Shown here one piece after another: positions 8,806 through 18,683 of a stretch of DNA of 64,000 nucleotides. Each line of letters opens with the position of its first letter. Position 1 is the first letter of the stretch. Under the pieces are notes generated by a model. That model was not told the origin of the DNA, made no database searches, and saw only the letters and a list, made by a program, of their open reading frames with translations. Origin of the DNA: an uncultured Chloroflexia bacterium (lineage in GTDB: Bacteria > Chloroflexota > Limnocylindria > QHBO01); assembly GCA_963814375.1 (NCBI GenBank), contig CAWFCQ010000003.1:32001-96000 (forward strand). The letters are read 5' to 3'. Position numbers and translations under genes: made by a program.

Positions 8806-10775
8806 CGGTTCACCGTCACACCGGCCTGCTGGCCGACCTGTCCGAGCACGTTGTCCTTGTAGCTCTCCAAGAGCACCTTCCCGTCAGGCGTGAACCGCTC
8901 GAGCTCGAGCCGGTCCATGGTGATGCAGTTGGTCGGACACCGTTCGACGCAGAGGTTGCAGCGGATGCAGCGCTCCTCGTCGATGATCATGGCGATACCG
9001 CGCGGCCACGCCTGGAAGAAGTCCTGCTCCGGGTCGTCGCCGCCGACCTGCGCCTTGTCGATCATGTAGATCACGCCCTCGGGGCAGACGTCGGCGCAGA
9101 GCCCGCACAGGATACAGCGGGGCCCGTCGATGTTGATGTTGTGGTTGCACTGGAGGCAGCGGCTACCCTCGTCGATCGCGCTGCGGGTGTCGTAGCCGAC
9201 TTCCACCAGCGACGTGAAGTCGCGCCGCAGCTCCGGCGGCGCCATCGGGATCTCCTGCCGATGGGTCGCCTCGTAGAAGCGCGGCATGTCGTGCTCGAGG
9301 CTCTGGGTGATGACCGCACGGTTGATGACCGGCAGCTCCTCGAGCTCCTCGCCGCGGAGCCCCGCCAGCCAACGGTCCACGGCTCGCGCCGCGCGACGCC
9401 CGAGCCCGGCCGCCTCGATGATCGTGGCCGGCCCGGTGACGAAGTCGCCGACCGCGAAGACGCCATCGTTGCTCGTTCCGAAGGTATCCGCGTTGATGAC
9501 CACGTTGCCGCGGTTGAAGTCGAAGGCCAGGTTGTTCATCGGCATGCCGCGGGCGTCCGTCGGCGTGCTGCCGTTCAGCGGCGCGGTGCGCCAGGAGCTC
9601 AGGGAACCGCCCTCGACCACGGTGCGCGTGTCGGTCACGCCCACGTGCCGGTTGAGCTGCGCGCCGAACTCGCCGAGGACGTTGTTGTCCGACGCCTGGC
9701 TGGTGCACGGGATGACCATGTCGCACGGGATGGTGAACTCGCTGCCGGGAATCGGCTCTGCGCTGCGCCGACCGCTGGCATCCGGAGGGCCCAGGCGGGT
9801 GCGCTGGAACGTGATGCCGGTCACGCGGCCGTCCGGGCCGGCCTGGACCTCGACCGGGGAGCTGAAGTACTCGAAGGCGACGCCCTCGAAGCGCGTCTCG
9901 TGCTGCTCCTCCTCGTCCACCACCATCTCGTCCGGGCCGCGGCGGTAGACGATCGTGCTGGTCTTGGCGCCGAGTCTGAGCGCCGTGCGCGACGAGTCCA
10001 TGGCGGTGTAGCCGCCGCCGATGATGACCACGTGCTCGCCGACCCACTGCGGCTGGCCCAGGTTCGCGCGCTTGAGGAAGTCGACGCCGTAGATCACGCC
10101 GTCGAGCTCCTCGCCGGGCACGTTCATCGCCACGGGGTACATGCAGCCGGTCGCGACCACGACCGCGTCGTGACGCTCCTTCAGCTGGTCCAGGGTGATG
10201 TCGCGGCCGATCTCGACGTTGTAGTGGAACTGCACGCCGTGCTTGGCGACCCAGTTGACGTCGAGCTCGATGACGTCACGCGGCAGCCGGAAGGCCGGGA
10301 CGCCGATGAGGGTCGTGCCGCCGCCGGAGGGAAGCGCCTCGTAGACGTGCACTTCGTGACCCCAGCCGCCCAGCTCCTTGGCCGCGGCCAGGCCAGCCGG
10401 GCCGGCTCCGATGACGGCCACGCTGCGACCGGTGGGAGGGGCGACCACGACGTTGTCCGGCATGTTGTTGCTGTAATGCCAGTCGACCAGGAAGCGCTTC
10501 ATGGCGCGGATGGCGAGCGGCTTGTCGATGTCGGCGCGGCGGCAGGCCTTCTCACACGGGGCGGAGCAGACATAGCCGCAGATCGCGGCCACCGGATTCG
10601 GGTCGCGAGCGAGGATGTAGCCCTCCTCGAAGCGACCCTCGGCGGCCAGCATGAGGTAGCCCCGGCAGTTCGTGTTGACCGGGCAGCCTTCCTGGCACTC
10701 GATGTTGCACTGAAGCCAGTCGACGCCGACCTCGGCAGTCTGGAACCTCAGTGGAATCGCGGTATCGCTGATCAC
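8802..10775 (-). CDS. FAD/NAD(P)H oxidoreductase with N- and C-terminal 4Fe-4S domains (GltD/NfnB/DsrL-like)
   Basis: [65 protein letters not shown]. Stop overlaps the cyt b6 start (ATGA). Confidence 0.92.
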   Translation of the reverse strand: MISDTAIPLRFQTAEVGVDWLQCNIECQEGCPVNTNCRGYLMLAAEGRFEEGYILARDPNPVAAICGYVCSAPCEKACRRADIDKPLAIRAMKRFLVDWHYSNNMPDNVVVAPPTGRSVAVIGAGPAGLAAAKELGGWGHEVHVYEALPSGGGTTLIGVPAFRLPRDVIELDVNWVAKHGVQFHYNVEIGRDITLDQLKERHDAVVVATGCMYPVAMNVPGEELDGVIYGVDFLKRANLGQPQWVGEHVVIIGGGYTAMDSSRTALRLGAKTSTIVYRRGPDEMVVDEEEQHETRFEGVAFEYFSSPVEVQAGPDGRVTGITFQRTRLGPPDASGRRSAEPIPGSEFTIPCDMVIPCTSQASDNNVLGEFGAQLNRHVGVTDTRTVVEGGSLSSWRTAPLNGSTPTDARGMPMNNLAFDFNRGNVVINADTFGTSNDGVFAVGDFVTGPATIIEAAGLGRRAARAVDRWLAGLRGEELEELPVINRAVITQSLEHDMPRFYEATHRQEIPMAPPELRRDFTSLVEVGYDTRSAIDEGSRCLQCNHNINIDGPRCILCGLCADVCPEGVIYMIDKAQVGGDDPEQDFFQAWPRGIAMIIDEERCIRCNLCVERCPTNCITMDRLELERFTPDGKVLLESYKDNVLGQVGQQAGVTVNR

Positions 10776-10876
10776 GGCGTCGTGGTCGCTCTCCGGGCGT
10801 GGTCAAACCATGGGGCCATAAGGAGCGGCGCCACCGATGCTACCCGTTCCCTCTTGCACGGCGCAAGGAGAACGCC

Positions 10877-12904
10877 TCAGCCCGCAAAGTGCGCGGCCAT
10901 CACCCGCCGCACGAGCGGCGCCGCATCCGAGCCTCCGGTGCCGAGCGGAATATTGGGCAGGATGGTGGCGACGCTGACGGTCGGATCGTCGGCAGGAGCG
11001 AATGCCGGGAACCAGGCATGCGGGTCTGGCCCGCCCGTTTCGGCGGTGCCGGACTTGCCGGCGACCGGGATCCCGAAGCCGGCGAAGGCAGCGGTGCCGG
11101 TGCCGTACGGGAGGGTGACGACGGCCTGGAGCGTATCGGTCACGAAGGCGAGGCTGGCGTCGTCCATCGGGATGTCGTTGGCGACCGTCGGGGCGACCTC
11201 CTCGACCAGGGTCCCGTCCGGCAGCCTGGCCGCGATCACGATGCGCGGCTTCCACAGCGTCCCGCCGTTGCCGATGGCGGCATAAGCGTTGGCCAGCTGG
11301 AGCGGGGTGCCCAGAAAGGCGCCCTGGCCGATGGCCAGCTGGACCTGCTCGAAGCCCGAGTATCCCCCACGGCCGTTCTCGCGCAGCCACGCGTCGTCCG
11401 GCACGATCCCGGTCTCCTCGATGAGGAAGCCGATGCCGGTCGGCGCGCCGAACCCGAAGTCCTTGAGCAGGTCGGTCAGCGCGGTCTCGTTCTGCTGGTA
11501 GACCTCGTAGGCCAGCGGCATGTAGGTCGTGTTGCAGCTGAAGGCCATCGACTCGCGCATCCCGACGGCGCCCGGCAGCGAGTGGTTCATGTAGTTGCGG
11601 AAGGTGAACCCGTTGTACGACCACGTCGGTGGGCAGGCGCGGGCGCTGGTCGGGGTGACCACGCCGGTCTGGAGCGCGACGGCCAGCGTGAACGGCTTGA
11701 ATGACGAGCCGGCCGGATAGGCGCCCAGCACCGCCTTGTTGAAGACCTGCGCCGGGCCGGCCGGGCTCAGCGGTACGCCGCCGTAGGTCGTGCCGGTCGT
11801 CATCGAGTTCGGGTTGAAGGCCGGCTGGCTGGCCAGGGCCCATACGTCGCCGCTGCGCGGGTCGATCACCGCGGTGGCGCCCTGCGGGTACGGGTCGAGC
11901 GCGACCTGGGCCGCCAGCTGCACGGAGGGGCGGATGGTGGTCGCGACATCGGCGCCGGGCACCATCTCGGTCTGGTACAGGACGGACTCGGCGCCGTCCT
12001 GACCGACGGCGACCAGCGTCCAGCCTGGAGTGCCGCGCAGCAGCTCCTCGGCGCCGAGCTCGAGGCCCGAGCGGCCGACGATGTCCCCGGCGCGATATCC
12101 ATCGGCCGCTAGCGTGGTGAGGTCCTCGGCCGTCACCTCACTGGCGTAGCCGATGACCTGGCCGGCGAGCGCCTCCTGCGGATAGACCCGCGCCCCGTCA
12201 TCGCGGGTCTCCGCCCACACGACCCCTCCCGCGCCGATGATCCGGCCGCGAGCGCCGAGCTGGCGGTCGAGTCGCAGGGTCCCGGCGGCGCCGAGCTCTG
12301 GGAAGAGGAGCTCGGGGCTCCAGCGCAGCACCCAGCCATCGGTGCCCTGGACGAGTGTCAGCGATCGTTCCAGGTCGAGGTCCCCGAACCGCGTCGAGCT
12401 GACGTCGATGTCGACCGGGATCGCCATCCCGGGCACGGGGCCGGCGAGCGGCTCGTTCGGATCGAGGCTGGGTGCGGGAGTTGGCGTCGGCGTGGCCGAG
12501 GGATCCGGTGTGGCCGATGGATCGGCGGATGGCACCGGCGTCGGCGACGGCGCGGGGAATGCCGGCGGCCTCGGTTCGGGGAGGAGCGCGATCGGCTCAG
12601 GGGAGCCGGCCGTGGCGGCGACCTCCTCGACCATCGCCATCTCCGCGAACGAGCTGTGGAGAGCGACGAACGCCTCCAGCGGATACCGCTCCTGGATGGC
12701 GGGGTCGACGGTCGCGTACATCGCCGCGTAGTTGCCCGCAGCCCAGGCATCCAGGTACTCGGCCGCGAGGCCCGCTGCCGCATCGGGGCCGGCGACCGGG
12801 AAGGTGGTGGGGACCGGCGTGGGCTCCGGGGTCGGCTCGAGGCTGCAGGCGCCAAGGACGAGCAGCAGCAGGGCTGCGAGGGCGCGCACGGCGAGGCGGC
12901 TCAT
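10877..12904 (-). CDS. Class B penicillin-binding protein (lipoprotein, MecA/PBP2a-like N-domain)
   Basis: Lipobox LGAC; intact SSFK, SCN and KSGT transpeptidase motifs. Confidence 0.9.
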   Translation of the reverse strand: MSRLAVRALAALLLLVLGACSLEPTPEPTPVPTTFPVAGPDAAAGLAAEYLDAWAAGNYAAMYATVDPAIQERYPLEAFVALHSSFAEMAMVEEVAATAGSPEPIALLPEPRPPAFPAPSPTPVPSADPSATPDPSATPTPTPAPSLDPNEPLAGPVPGMAIPVDIDVSSTRFGDLDLERSLTLVQGTDGWVLRWSPELLFPELGAAGTLRLDRQLGARGRIIGAGGVVWAETRDDGARVYPQEALAGQVIGYASEVTAEDLTTLAADGYRAGDIVGRSGLELGAEELLRGTPGWTLVAVGQDGAESVLYQTEMVPGADVATTIRPSVQLAAQVALDPYPQGATAVIDPRSGDVWALASQPAFNPNSMTTGTTYGGVPLSPAGPAQVFNKAVLGAYPAGSSFKPFTLAVALQTGVVTPTSARACPPTWSYNGFTFRNYMNHSLPGAVGMRESMAFSCNTTYMPLAYEVYQQNETALTDLLKDFGFGAPTGIGFLIEETGIVPDDAWLRENGRGGYSGFEQVQLAIGQGAFLGTPLQLANAYAAIGNGGTLWKPRIVIAARLPDGTLVEEVAPTVANDIPMDDASLAFVTDTLQAVVTLPYGTGTAAFAGFGIPVAGKSGTAETGGPDPHAWFPAFAPADDPTVSVATILPNIPLGTGGSDAAPLVRRVMAAHFAG

Positions 12905-13620
12905 CGGGCGAGCGTCACCCGGCGGAATCCCTCGGCGGCCCGGTAGCCTGCCCGCTCACCGAGCTCCTCGCTGCGACGGCGAACCCAGCGTGCGATGTCG
13001 TCGAAGGAGCGGAACTGGCTCGCATGAAGGGCGAGCGCCGCGATCTTGCGGTCGAGCGTGGCGCCGATGTCGACCAGCTGGTTCGCCTCGTTCGTGCTCC
13101 ACAGGTAGAGCTCGGCCACCTTCCACGTCCCGAGGCCGGCGTCGAGGTGCTCGCGAAAGTTGAGCGGGTCGCGCGCCGTCGGAAAGACGGCGTCGACGGT
13201 TGCCTGGCCGACCGCCCGGTGATCGGGATGGTTGACCCACTCGTTGTTGACGAAGAGCACCGTCGGGTCATGCGTCATGACGATCTCGGGCCGCTCGGCT
13301 CGGATCGCACGCGTGATGCGCTCGCGCAGCGCCAGCGACGGCTCGACCTGCCCATCGGGCTCGTCCAGGAACTCGACGCCCTCGACGCCGAGCTCGGCCG
13401 CCGCGGCGCGCTGCTCGCGCTCCCGGACCTCGACCAGGGCCACGGGGTCGGCCGCGGGATCGTCGCTGCCCTTGTCGCCCCGGGTTGCGAGGAGGTAGCG
13501 CACCGAGGCGCCCTCGCCGACCCAGCGGGCGACGGTGCCGCCGGCGCCGAACTCGATATCGTCGGGATGAGCGGCCACCACGAGCACCCGCAGCGGCGTC
13601 GGCAGGCCGTCCTCAGGCAT
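12901..13620 (-). CDS. PIG-L family deacetylase
   Basis: AHPDDIE, TRGDKG, NHPDH and HASQ motifs. Confidence 0.92.
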   Translation of the reverse strand: MPEDGLPTPLRVLVVAAHPDDIEFGAGGTVARWVGEGASVRYLLATRGDKGSDDPAADPVALVEVREREQRAAAAELGVEGVEFLDEPDGQVEPSLALRERITRAIRAERPEIVMTHDPTVLFVNNEWVNHPDHRAVGQATVDAVFPTARDPLNFREHLDAGLGTWKVAELYLWSTNEANQLVDIGATLDRKIAALALHASQFRSFDDIARWVRRRSEELGERAGYRAAEGFRRVTLAR

Positions 13621-13847
13621 CGGCCTCGCGCCGGGGGCATGCCACGTCAGCCGCACCGCGGCCGGGAAGGCTGTTGTCGGGGAAGAGAAGAAGGCATGCC
13701 ACGGCCCGCCAAGCGTAGCCGATGAGCGTCATCGCCCACCGACGGCCCGGCGGGCCGGTCGGATGCGTCTTCAATGCGCCGGCTCGGTCGCCTCCCCCCG
13801 CACGATCACGCGGATCGCGATCACGACCGAGACCGGCACAGCCACCG

Positions 13848-13994
13848 TCAGACGGAGCGTCGTCCGGTGAGGAGTTGGTAGACGAGCACGACGGCCGCGA
13901 CTACCAGCAGCAGGTAAATCAAGTTCCCGCCGATCCCGCCGATCAGGCCGAGCAGCCAGAGAACCAGCAGGATCACGATGATCGTCCAGAGCAT
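13848..13994 (-). CDS. Lmo0937/DUF5670-family small membrane protein (48 aa)
   Basis: MLWTIIVILLVLWLLGLIGGIGGNLIYLLLVVAAVVLVYQLLTGRRSV; GAGGTG SD. Confidence 0.88.
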   Translation of the reverse strand: MLWTIIVILLVLWLLGLIGGIGGNLIYLLLVVAAVVLVYQLLTGRRSV

Positions 13995-14086
13995 CGAGTT
14001 CACCTCAATCCTTCGATATCCCTCCTGCAGGACTCGGTCCCGCGCGAAGGGATATCGCAGGTTGCGTGCCAGCGCGGCGAGGTCGC

Positions 14087-14233
14087 TCAGCTCGTCCGGC
14101 GGCGCTCCTCGATGACCTGCACCACCAGCAGCACCGTGGCCAGCAGGAGGAGGAGGTTGATCCACTGCCCGGCTCGCAGGAGGAGGCCGGTGAGCCACGC
14201 GACGAGCGAGATGGCGATCGCGACCCAGATCAT
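14087..14233 (-). CDS. Second Lmo0937-like small membrane protein (48 aa)
   Basis: Manual translation MIWVAIAISLVAWLTGLLLRAGQWINLLLLLATVLLVVQVIEERRRTS; ATGA coupling to the upstream micro-ORF. Confidence 0.72.
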   Translation of the reverse strand: MIWVAIAISLVAWLTGLLLRAGQWINLLLLLATVLLVVQVIEERRRTS

Positions 14234-14340
14234 GGGACCGGGTCGAGCAGCGTGACGAAGGCGAGGACACCGAGCACCACGAGGAGCAGGACCGAGGCGA
14301 CGATGATGCTGCCTGCGGCGATCTCCCGGCCGTCCTTCAT
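14230..14340 (-). CDS. 36-aa single-TM micro-protein
   Basis: MKDGREIAAGSIIVASVLLLVVLGVLAFVTLLDPVP; ATGA overlaps at both ends. Confidence 0.65.
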   Translation of the reverse strand: MKDGREIAAGSIIVASVLLLVVLGVLAFVTLLDPVP

Positions 14341-14801
14341 GCCGCGAGGGCGTCCATCAGCTGGTCCACGTGCTCAGCTGGCTTGACCTGTGCGAGGACC
14401 TGCTCGATGGCGCCGTCAGGCCCGACGACGAAGGTGCTGCGCTCGATGCCCATCCAGGTCCGTCCGGCCGAGCTCTTCTCGACCCACACGCCATACGCGT
14501 CCGCCAGCCGGTGACCCTCATCGGCAAGGAGCGGGTACGGCAGGCCGTACTTGGCCCGGAACTTCGCGTGGCTGGCGACGGAGTCGGCCGAGACGCCGAA
14601 TAGGGTGACGCCGGTCTCGGTGACTCGCGACCAGCTGTCGCGCAGGCCGCACGCCTGGGTGGTGCAGCCGGGCGTGTCGTCCTTCGGGTAGAAGTAGAGG
14701 ACGTATCGAGTGCCTGCCAGGGAGTCGCTCGAGACGACCGTCCCCTCGTCGGTGCTCAGCTCGAAGGCCGGAGCAGGGTCGCCGGCGCGCAATCTGGTCA
14801 C
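14337..14801 (-). CDS. bcp: Peroxiredoxin Q/Bcp
   Basis: YFYPKDDTPGCTTQACGLRD; ERSTFV. Confidence 0.93.
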   Translation of the reverse strand: MTRLRAGDPAPAFELSTDEGTVVSSDSLAGTRYVLYFYPKDDTPGCTTQACGLRDSWSRVTETGVTLFGVSADSVASHAKFRAKYGLPYPLLADEGHRLADAYGVWVEKSSAGRTWMGIERSTFVVGPDGAIEQVLAQVKPAEHVDQLMDALAA

Positions 14802-14810
14802 GTGCGGAGT

Positions 14811-15776
14811 CTAGCCATCGGCGCCCATCTGTTCGATGGCCACGAGGACCGGCGGCAGGTCGCGGGACTCCATGCGGTCCGCGAGCCCGCCGGCAATGGC
14901 ACCGATGCGCTCATCGGCCGCCTCTTCCAGGTCATGCCCGGCGCCCTCGACCAGGATGACGGTGGGCTCGATCCCAGCCTCGGACAGCACCGACCGGAGC
15001 AGGCGCGATTCGTCGGGGTCGACCCACGCGTCCGCCGTGCCGTGCGCGATGACGACATTGCGGTGGAGCATCGTCGCCAGTGCCAGCCCGGGCGTGTGGA
15101 AGCCCTGCTCCCAGGCGGCGAGCGAAAGCTCGACCGTCTCGCCCCCGACCCGCAGCGGCATCGAGCTGTCGCGCCGCTGGGCACGTTCGATCAGATCCTC
15201 CGCCGCGCGGTCGAGGCTCTCGACGATCGGGTGCTGGCGGTCGACGCCGCTGCGTTCGCGCTCGGCGACCCCGCGACGGAGGACGTCTCGCAGCGAGCGG
15301 GCAGGCGCGCCGACGAGTGCCACGGCTCCGATGGCCGGATCGCTGATCGCGACGCTGATGGCAATCGGGCCGCCCTCGCCATGGCCGACGATCGCGAGCC
15401 GCCTGAGGTCGAGCTCGCGCCTCGACCGCATCGCGCCGATGGCGTCGCGCGCGTCGTCGATGCGAGTGAACAGGTCGGTCGCCTCCCACGCCCCGTCGGA
15501 GGAGCCGCAGCCGCGCGGGTCGTAGCGGAGGCTTGCCACCCCGCGCGCGGCGAGGGCATCGGCCAGGCGGCGGAAGAGACCGTCGGGCCCATCGAGAGGT
15601 GGATCGGCGAACCAGCGAGGGTGGCCGTCGCGGTCCCAGCCGCCGTCGCGGTCGCGCGGCAGCCAGCTCGGGACCAGCAGCGCCCACGGCAACCGACCGC
15701 TGCCATCGGGCAGGGTGAGGGTTCCGGCCAGCGATGCGTCGCCGGCGCGGAAGCGGAGGTCCTCGGAGCGCGGCAT
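14811..15776 (-). CDS. Alpha/beta hydrolase-fold protein lacking the catalytic Ser
   Basis: LAGTLTLP, DRDG, LRYDPRGCGSS, nucleophile elbow GHGEGG (Gly in place of Ser), HGTADAWV, GAGH. Confidence 0.85.
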   Translation of the reverse strand: MPRSEDLRFRAGDASLAGTLTLPDGSGRLPWALLVPSWLPRDRDGGWDRDGHPRWFADPPLDGPDGLFRRLADALAARGVASLRYDPRGCGSSDGAWEATDLFTRIDDARDAIGAMRSRRELDLRRLAIVGHGEGGPIAISVAISDPAIGAVALVGAPARSLRDVLRRGVAERERSGVDRQHPIVESLDRAAEDLIERAQRRDSSMPLRVGGETVELSLAAWEQGFHTPGLALATMLHRNVVIAHGTADAWVDPDESRLLRSVLSEAGIEPTVILVEGAGHDLEEAADERIGAIAGGLADRMESRDLPPVLVAIEQMGADG

Positions 15777-15796
15777 CGTCCCGATGGTACCCGCGG

Positions 15797-16600
15797 TCAA
15801 CCGAGCAGCGACCTCCACGTTCCCAGCGCGAGGCTGATCCCGACGGCCAGCGCCGAGAGGGCGAACGCGCCCGCGATCCAGCCCCAGTCGGCGGTGCGCA
15901 TACGTTGAAGCCGCGCCGAGGTCCGGCAGGGCTGCGCGCCGAATCCCCTGGCCTCCATGGCCTGCGAGATGCGCGTTGCCCGGCGGATGGCACCCACCAG
16001 CAGCGCCAGGAGGCGTCCGGCGAACAGGCCCACCGCGACGATCGGGTTGCGACCCGCGTCGACTCCGCGGGCGCGTCGCGCCAGGCCGATCGTCTGCCAC
16101 TCCGCCCCCATCAGCGGCAGCAGGCGGAACGCCGCCAGCGCCCCGATCGCGAAGCGCGGCGAGACGCGCAGCTGCTGGGTGAGAGAGTCGGCGAGGTCGG
16201 TCGGCTGGGTCGTGAGGGTGGCCAGCAGGCCGGCCATTGCAATCGCCAGCAGCCGGATCACCAGGCCAACCCCGTTCAGCAGCGTCTCGGCACCGACCTG
16301 GAGCGGGCCGATGCTCAGGATGATCGGCCCGTGCTGCTCGGCTGCGAAGAGGACGTTGAAGAGCCCAATCGAGATGGCGGCCAGCCCGATCAGCCATGCC
16401 CGGCCCACGAGGGTCCGCGGGCTGAGCCCGCTGAAGGCGACCAGGACCACCAGCGCGGCAAGGATGACGAGGGCGGTGACTCCGTCCAGCGAGACGAACA
16501 GCGTGATGAGCAGCACCACCGCGGCACCGATCTTGGCCACGGGGTTGGCGCGCGGCAGCGGGGCATCGGGAGCGGGCGTCAGCGGCTCGAGCAACCGCAT
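15797..16600 (-). CDS. ECF transporter T component
   Basis: NPVAKI, ARRARG and AMEARGF motifs; hydrophobic. Confidence 0.9.
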   Translation of the reverse strand: MRLLEPLTPAPDAPLPRANPVAKIGAAVVLLITLFVSLDGVTALVILAALVVLVAFSGLSPRTLVGRAWLIGLAAISIGLFNVLFAAEQHGPIILSIGPLQVGAETLLNGVGLVIRLLAIAMAGLLATLTTQPTDLADSLTQQLRVSPRFAIGALAAFRLLPLMGAEWQTIGLARRARGVDAGRNPIVAVGLFAGRLLALLVGAIRRATRISQAMEARGFGAQPCRTSARLQRMRTADWGWIAGAFALSALAVGISLALGTWRSLLG

Positions 16601-18060
16601 CAGCGCCGTCCGCCCAGCGTGATGGTGCGATCTGCGAGTGCGTGTGCGAACGCACGATCGTGGGTGACGAAGCAGATGCCTCTCCCCGCGTCACGCATCG
16701 CGGCCAGCAGACCGAGCAGCTCGGCCCAGGTGCGCCGGTCCTGGCCGAAGGTCGGCTCGTCGAGAATGAGGAGTGCCGGGGCGGTGGCCAGCGCGGTCGC
16801 CACCGAGAGCCTCCGTTTCTCACCGCCGGAGAGCGTGAACGGGTTCGCCTTCGCCAGGCGCTGAAGGCCGAGCCGCTCGAGCAGCTCGTCGGCGCGCCGA
16901 GCCGCGGCGGCCCCGTCGAGCCCGGTTCGTCGCGGACCCAGCAGCAGCTCGTCACGGACCGATCCGGTCAGGAACTGGTGCTCCGGGTCCTGGAACACGG
17001 TCCCGATGTGCCGGGCGAGATCTCGTGCCGGCCAGCGGGCGATCGGCTCGTGCCCGTGGCCCGCCGCGAGCGCCTCCCCGGCCACCACGATCCCGGTGCG
17101 CGGGCTGACGAGCCCCGCCAGCATCAAGGCGAGGGTCGACTTGCCACTCCCGTTTGGGCCAACGATGGCGAGCGCCTCGGACGAGCGGACCGCGAGGTCT
17201 ACCGGGCCGACCGCATCGAGGACCGTACCGGGGTAGCGGAATGTGGCCAGCTCGGCCAGCACCAGGGTCTCAGACGGCGGTCGATCTCGAGGCGAGGGGG
17301 CGGCCGGCGGGCGGTCAGGCACCCAGACCCCGGCCTCGGCGAGCTCCGTGCCGCGCTCGCGAAACACGGTCCCCGGCGGGCCGTCGGCGACGACGCGACC
17401 CGCCTCGAGGACGATGACGCGGTTGACCAGGCCGGCCGCCTCCTCGACGCGGTGCTCGACCAGCAGCAGAGTCGCGCCGGTACGGGCGAGGACGCGATCG
17501 AGCACCTCGCGTACCTCGGCCGCGTTCTCCGGATCGAGGTTCGCGGTCGGCTCGTCGAGCATCAGCAGACCCGGCCGCAGGGCCAGGGTCCCCGCGAGCG
17601 CGAGCCGCTGCTGCTCGCCACCGGAGAGCGCGCTCGTCGAGCGATCGCGGTCGTACGGGAACTCGACGGCCGCCAGCGCGGCGTCGACCCGGCTCCAGAT
17701 CGACTCGGTCGGGACGCATCGGTTCTCGAGCCCGAAGGCGACGTCGTCGCCGGCGCGTCCCATGATGATCTGCGCCTCGGGGTCCTGGAACAGCAGCCCG
17801 GTGCGGTCCCGCGCGGCTCGCGGCTCGAGGCCGTCCACGAGGAGACGCCCCTCGACCTCCGCGCCGCCGCCCGGGTCGATCAACCCGGCGAGCGCCGCCA
17901 GGAGCGTCGATTTGCCCGACCCGGACGGACCGAGCAGCAGGACGCGCTCGCCTGGCCCGATCGCGAAGTCGACGCCGCGCAGCGCCCAGTCTCGGCGTCC
18001 GGCGTGGCGCAGCCCCCAACCGCGTGCGTCGATCGCCGCCGGCCGCGCCGCCTCTACCAC
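16600..18060 (-). CDS. ECF transporter duplicated ATPase (YkoD-like)
   Basis: Two Walker A motifs (GPSGSGKS, GPNGSGKS) and two FQDP/LSGGE/LDEPT sets. Start approximate (GTG 18060 or CTG 18087). Confidence 0.9.
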   Translation of the reverse strand: MVEAARPAAIDARGWGLRHAGRRDWALRGVDFAIGPGERVLLLGPSGSGKSTLLAALAGLIDPGGGAEVEGRLLVDGLEPRAARDRTGLLFQDPEAQIIMGRAGDDVAFGLENRCVPTESIWSRVDAALAAVEFPYDRDRSTSALSGGEQQRLALAGTLALRPGLLMLDEPTANLDPENAAEVREVLDRVLARTGATLLLVEHRVEEAAGLVNRVIVLEAGRVVADGPPGTVFRERGTELAEAGVWVPDRPPAAPSPRDRPPSETLVLAELATFRYPGTVLDAVGPVDLAVRSSEALAIVGPNGSGKSTLALMLAGLVSPRTGIVVAGEALAAGHGHEPIARWPARDLARHIGTVFQDPEHQFLTGSVRDELLLGPRRTGLDGAAAARRADELLERLGLQRLAKANPFTLSGGEKRRLSVATALATAPALLILDEPTFGQDRRTWAELLGLLAAMRDAGRGICFVTHDRAFAHALADRTITLGGRR

Positions 18061-18083
18061 CGCGGCATTGTCGGGCGTGGGCG

Positions 18084-18683
18084 TCAGACCTCGCGCTGCC
18101 CGCGGCCGGCCGCAAAGTCGGCCAGTACCCCGGTGGCAACGAGGGCGCGAAGCAGGAGCCACGAGCCGACGCCGGCGATCAGCACGCCGCTGATCACCAG
18201 GGCCACCGTGAAGATGATCCAGAAGTCGACACTCGTCTCCGGGTAGTAGGCCACGATGAAGAGGTCGTGGATGGCGGCCCCGAGCGCCGACAGCGCCGCC
18301 GCCAGGACGGCGAACGGCAGATTCCAGAACCGGTAGAAACCGATGGCGAAACCGAGCTCCGCGCCACCGCCCTGGATCGCTCCGGAGACCACGGTATCGA
18401 TGCCCCAGGTCGAGCCGACCAGGGCCGAGACGATCGCCGATACGAGGCCGCCGAACAGCGCGGCGCCCGGGCGTCGCACGATCAGGCCGACGAGGACGCC
18501 TGGCACGAGCCAGACGCCGTAGATGATCGCCTGGGCCGGCGGCAAGGCGACGAAGAGGGGCGTGGTCGCCGCCCAGAGTGCGTTCCACGCCACGAAGACG
18601 AGGCCGAAGGCGACGGCCACGACGGCGGCGACGACGATGTCGACCGTGCGCCAGCGGCGCTGGTCGTCGACGCTGACGGTCAT
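18084..18683 (-). CDS. ECF S component, YkoE-like (thiamine/HMP)
   Basis: WRTVDIVVAAVVAVAFG, IVRRPGAA, QGGGAEL, ALVATGVL; downstream of a TPP riboswitch. Confidence 0.88.
   Translation of the reverse strand: MTVSVDDQRRWRTVDIVVAAVVAVAFGLVFVAWNALWAATTPLFVALPPAQAIIYGVWLVPGVLVGLIVRRPGAALFGGLVSAIVSALVGSTWGIDTVVSGAIQGGGAELGFAIGFYRFWNLPFAVLAAALSALGAAIHDLFIVAYYPETSVDFWIIFTVALVISGVLIAGVGSWLLLRALVATGVLADFAAGRGQREV

Noticed and set aside
8802-10775. Glutamate synthase small subunit or a dissimilatory sulfur (dsr) pathway
   Set aside because: No gltB or dsr genes are adjacent, and the gene is translationally coupled to cytochrome b6.
9141-11285. 714-aa plus-strand ORF
   Set aside because: Shadow of the flavoprotein and PBP genes on the opposite strand.
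14811-16955. 714-aa fusion of ECF region and hydrolase
   Set aside because: The upstream part is an off-frame overlap with the ecfT and ATPase genes; the hydrolase starts at 15776.
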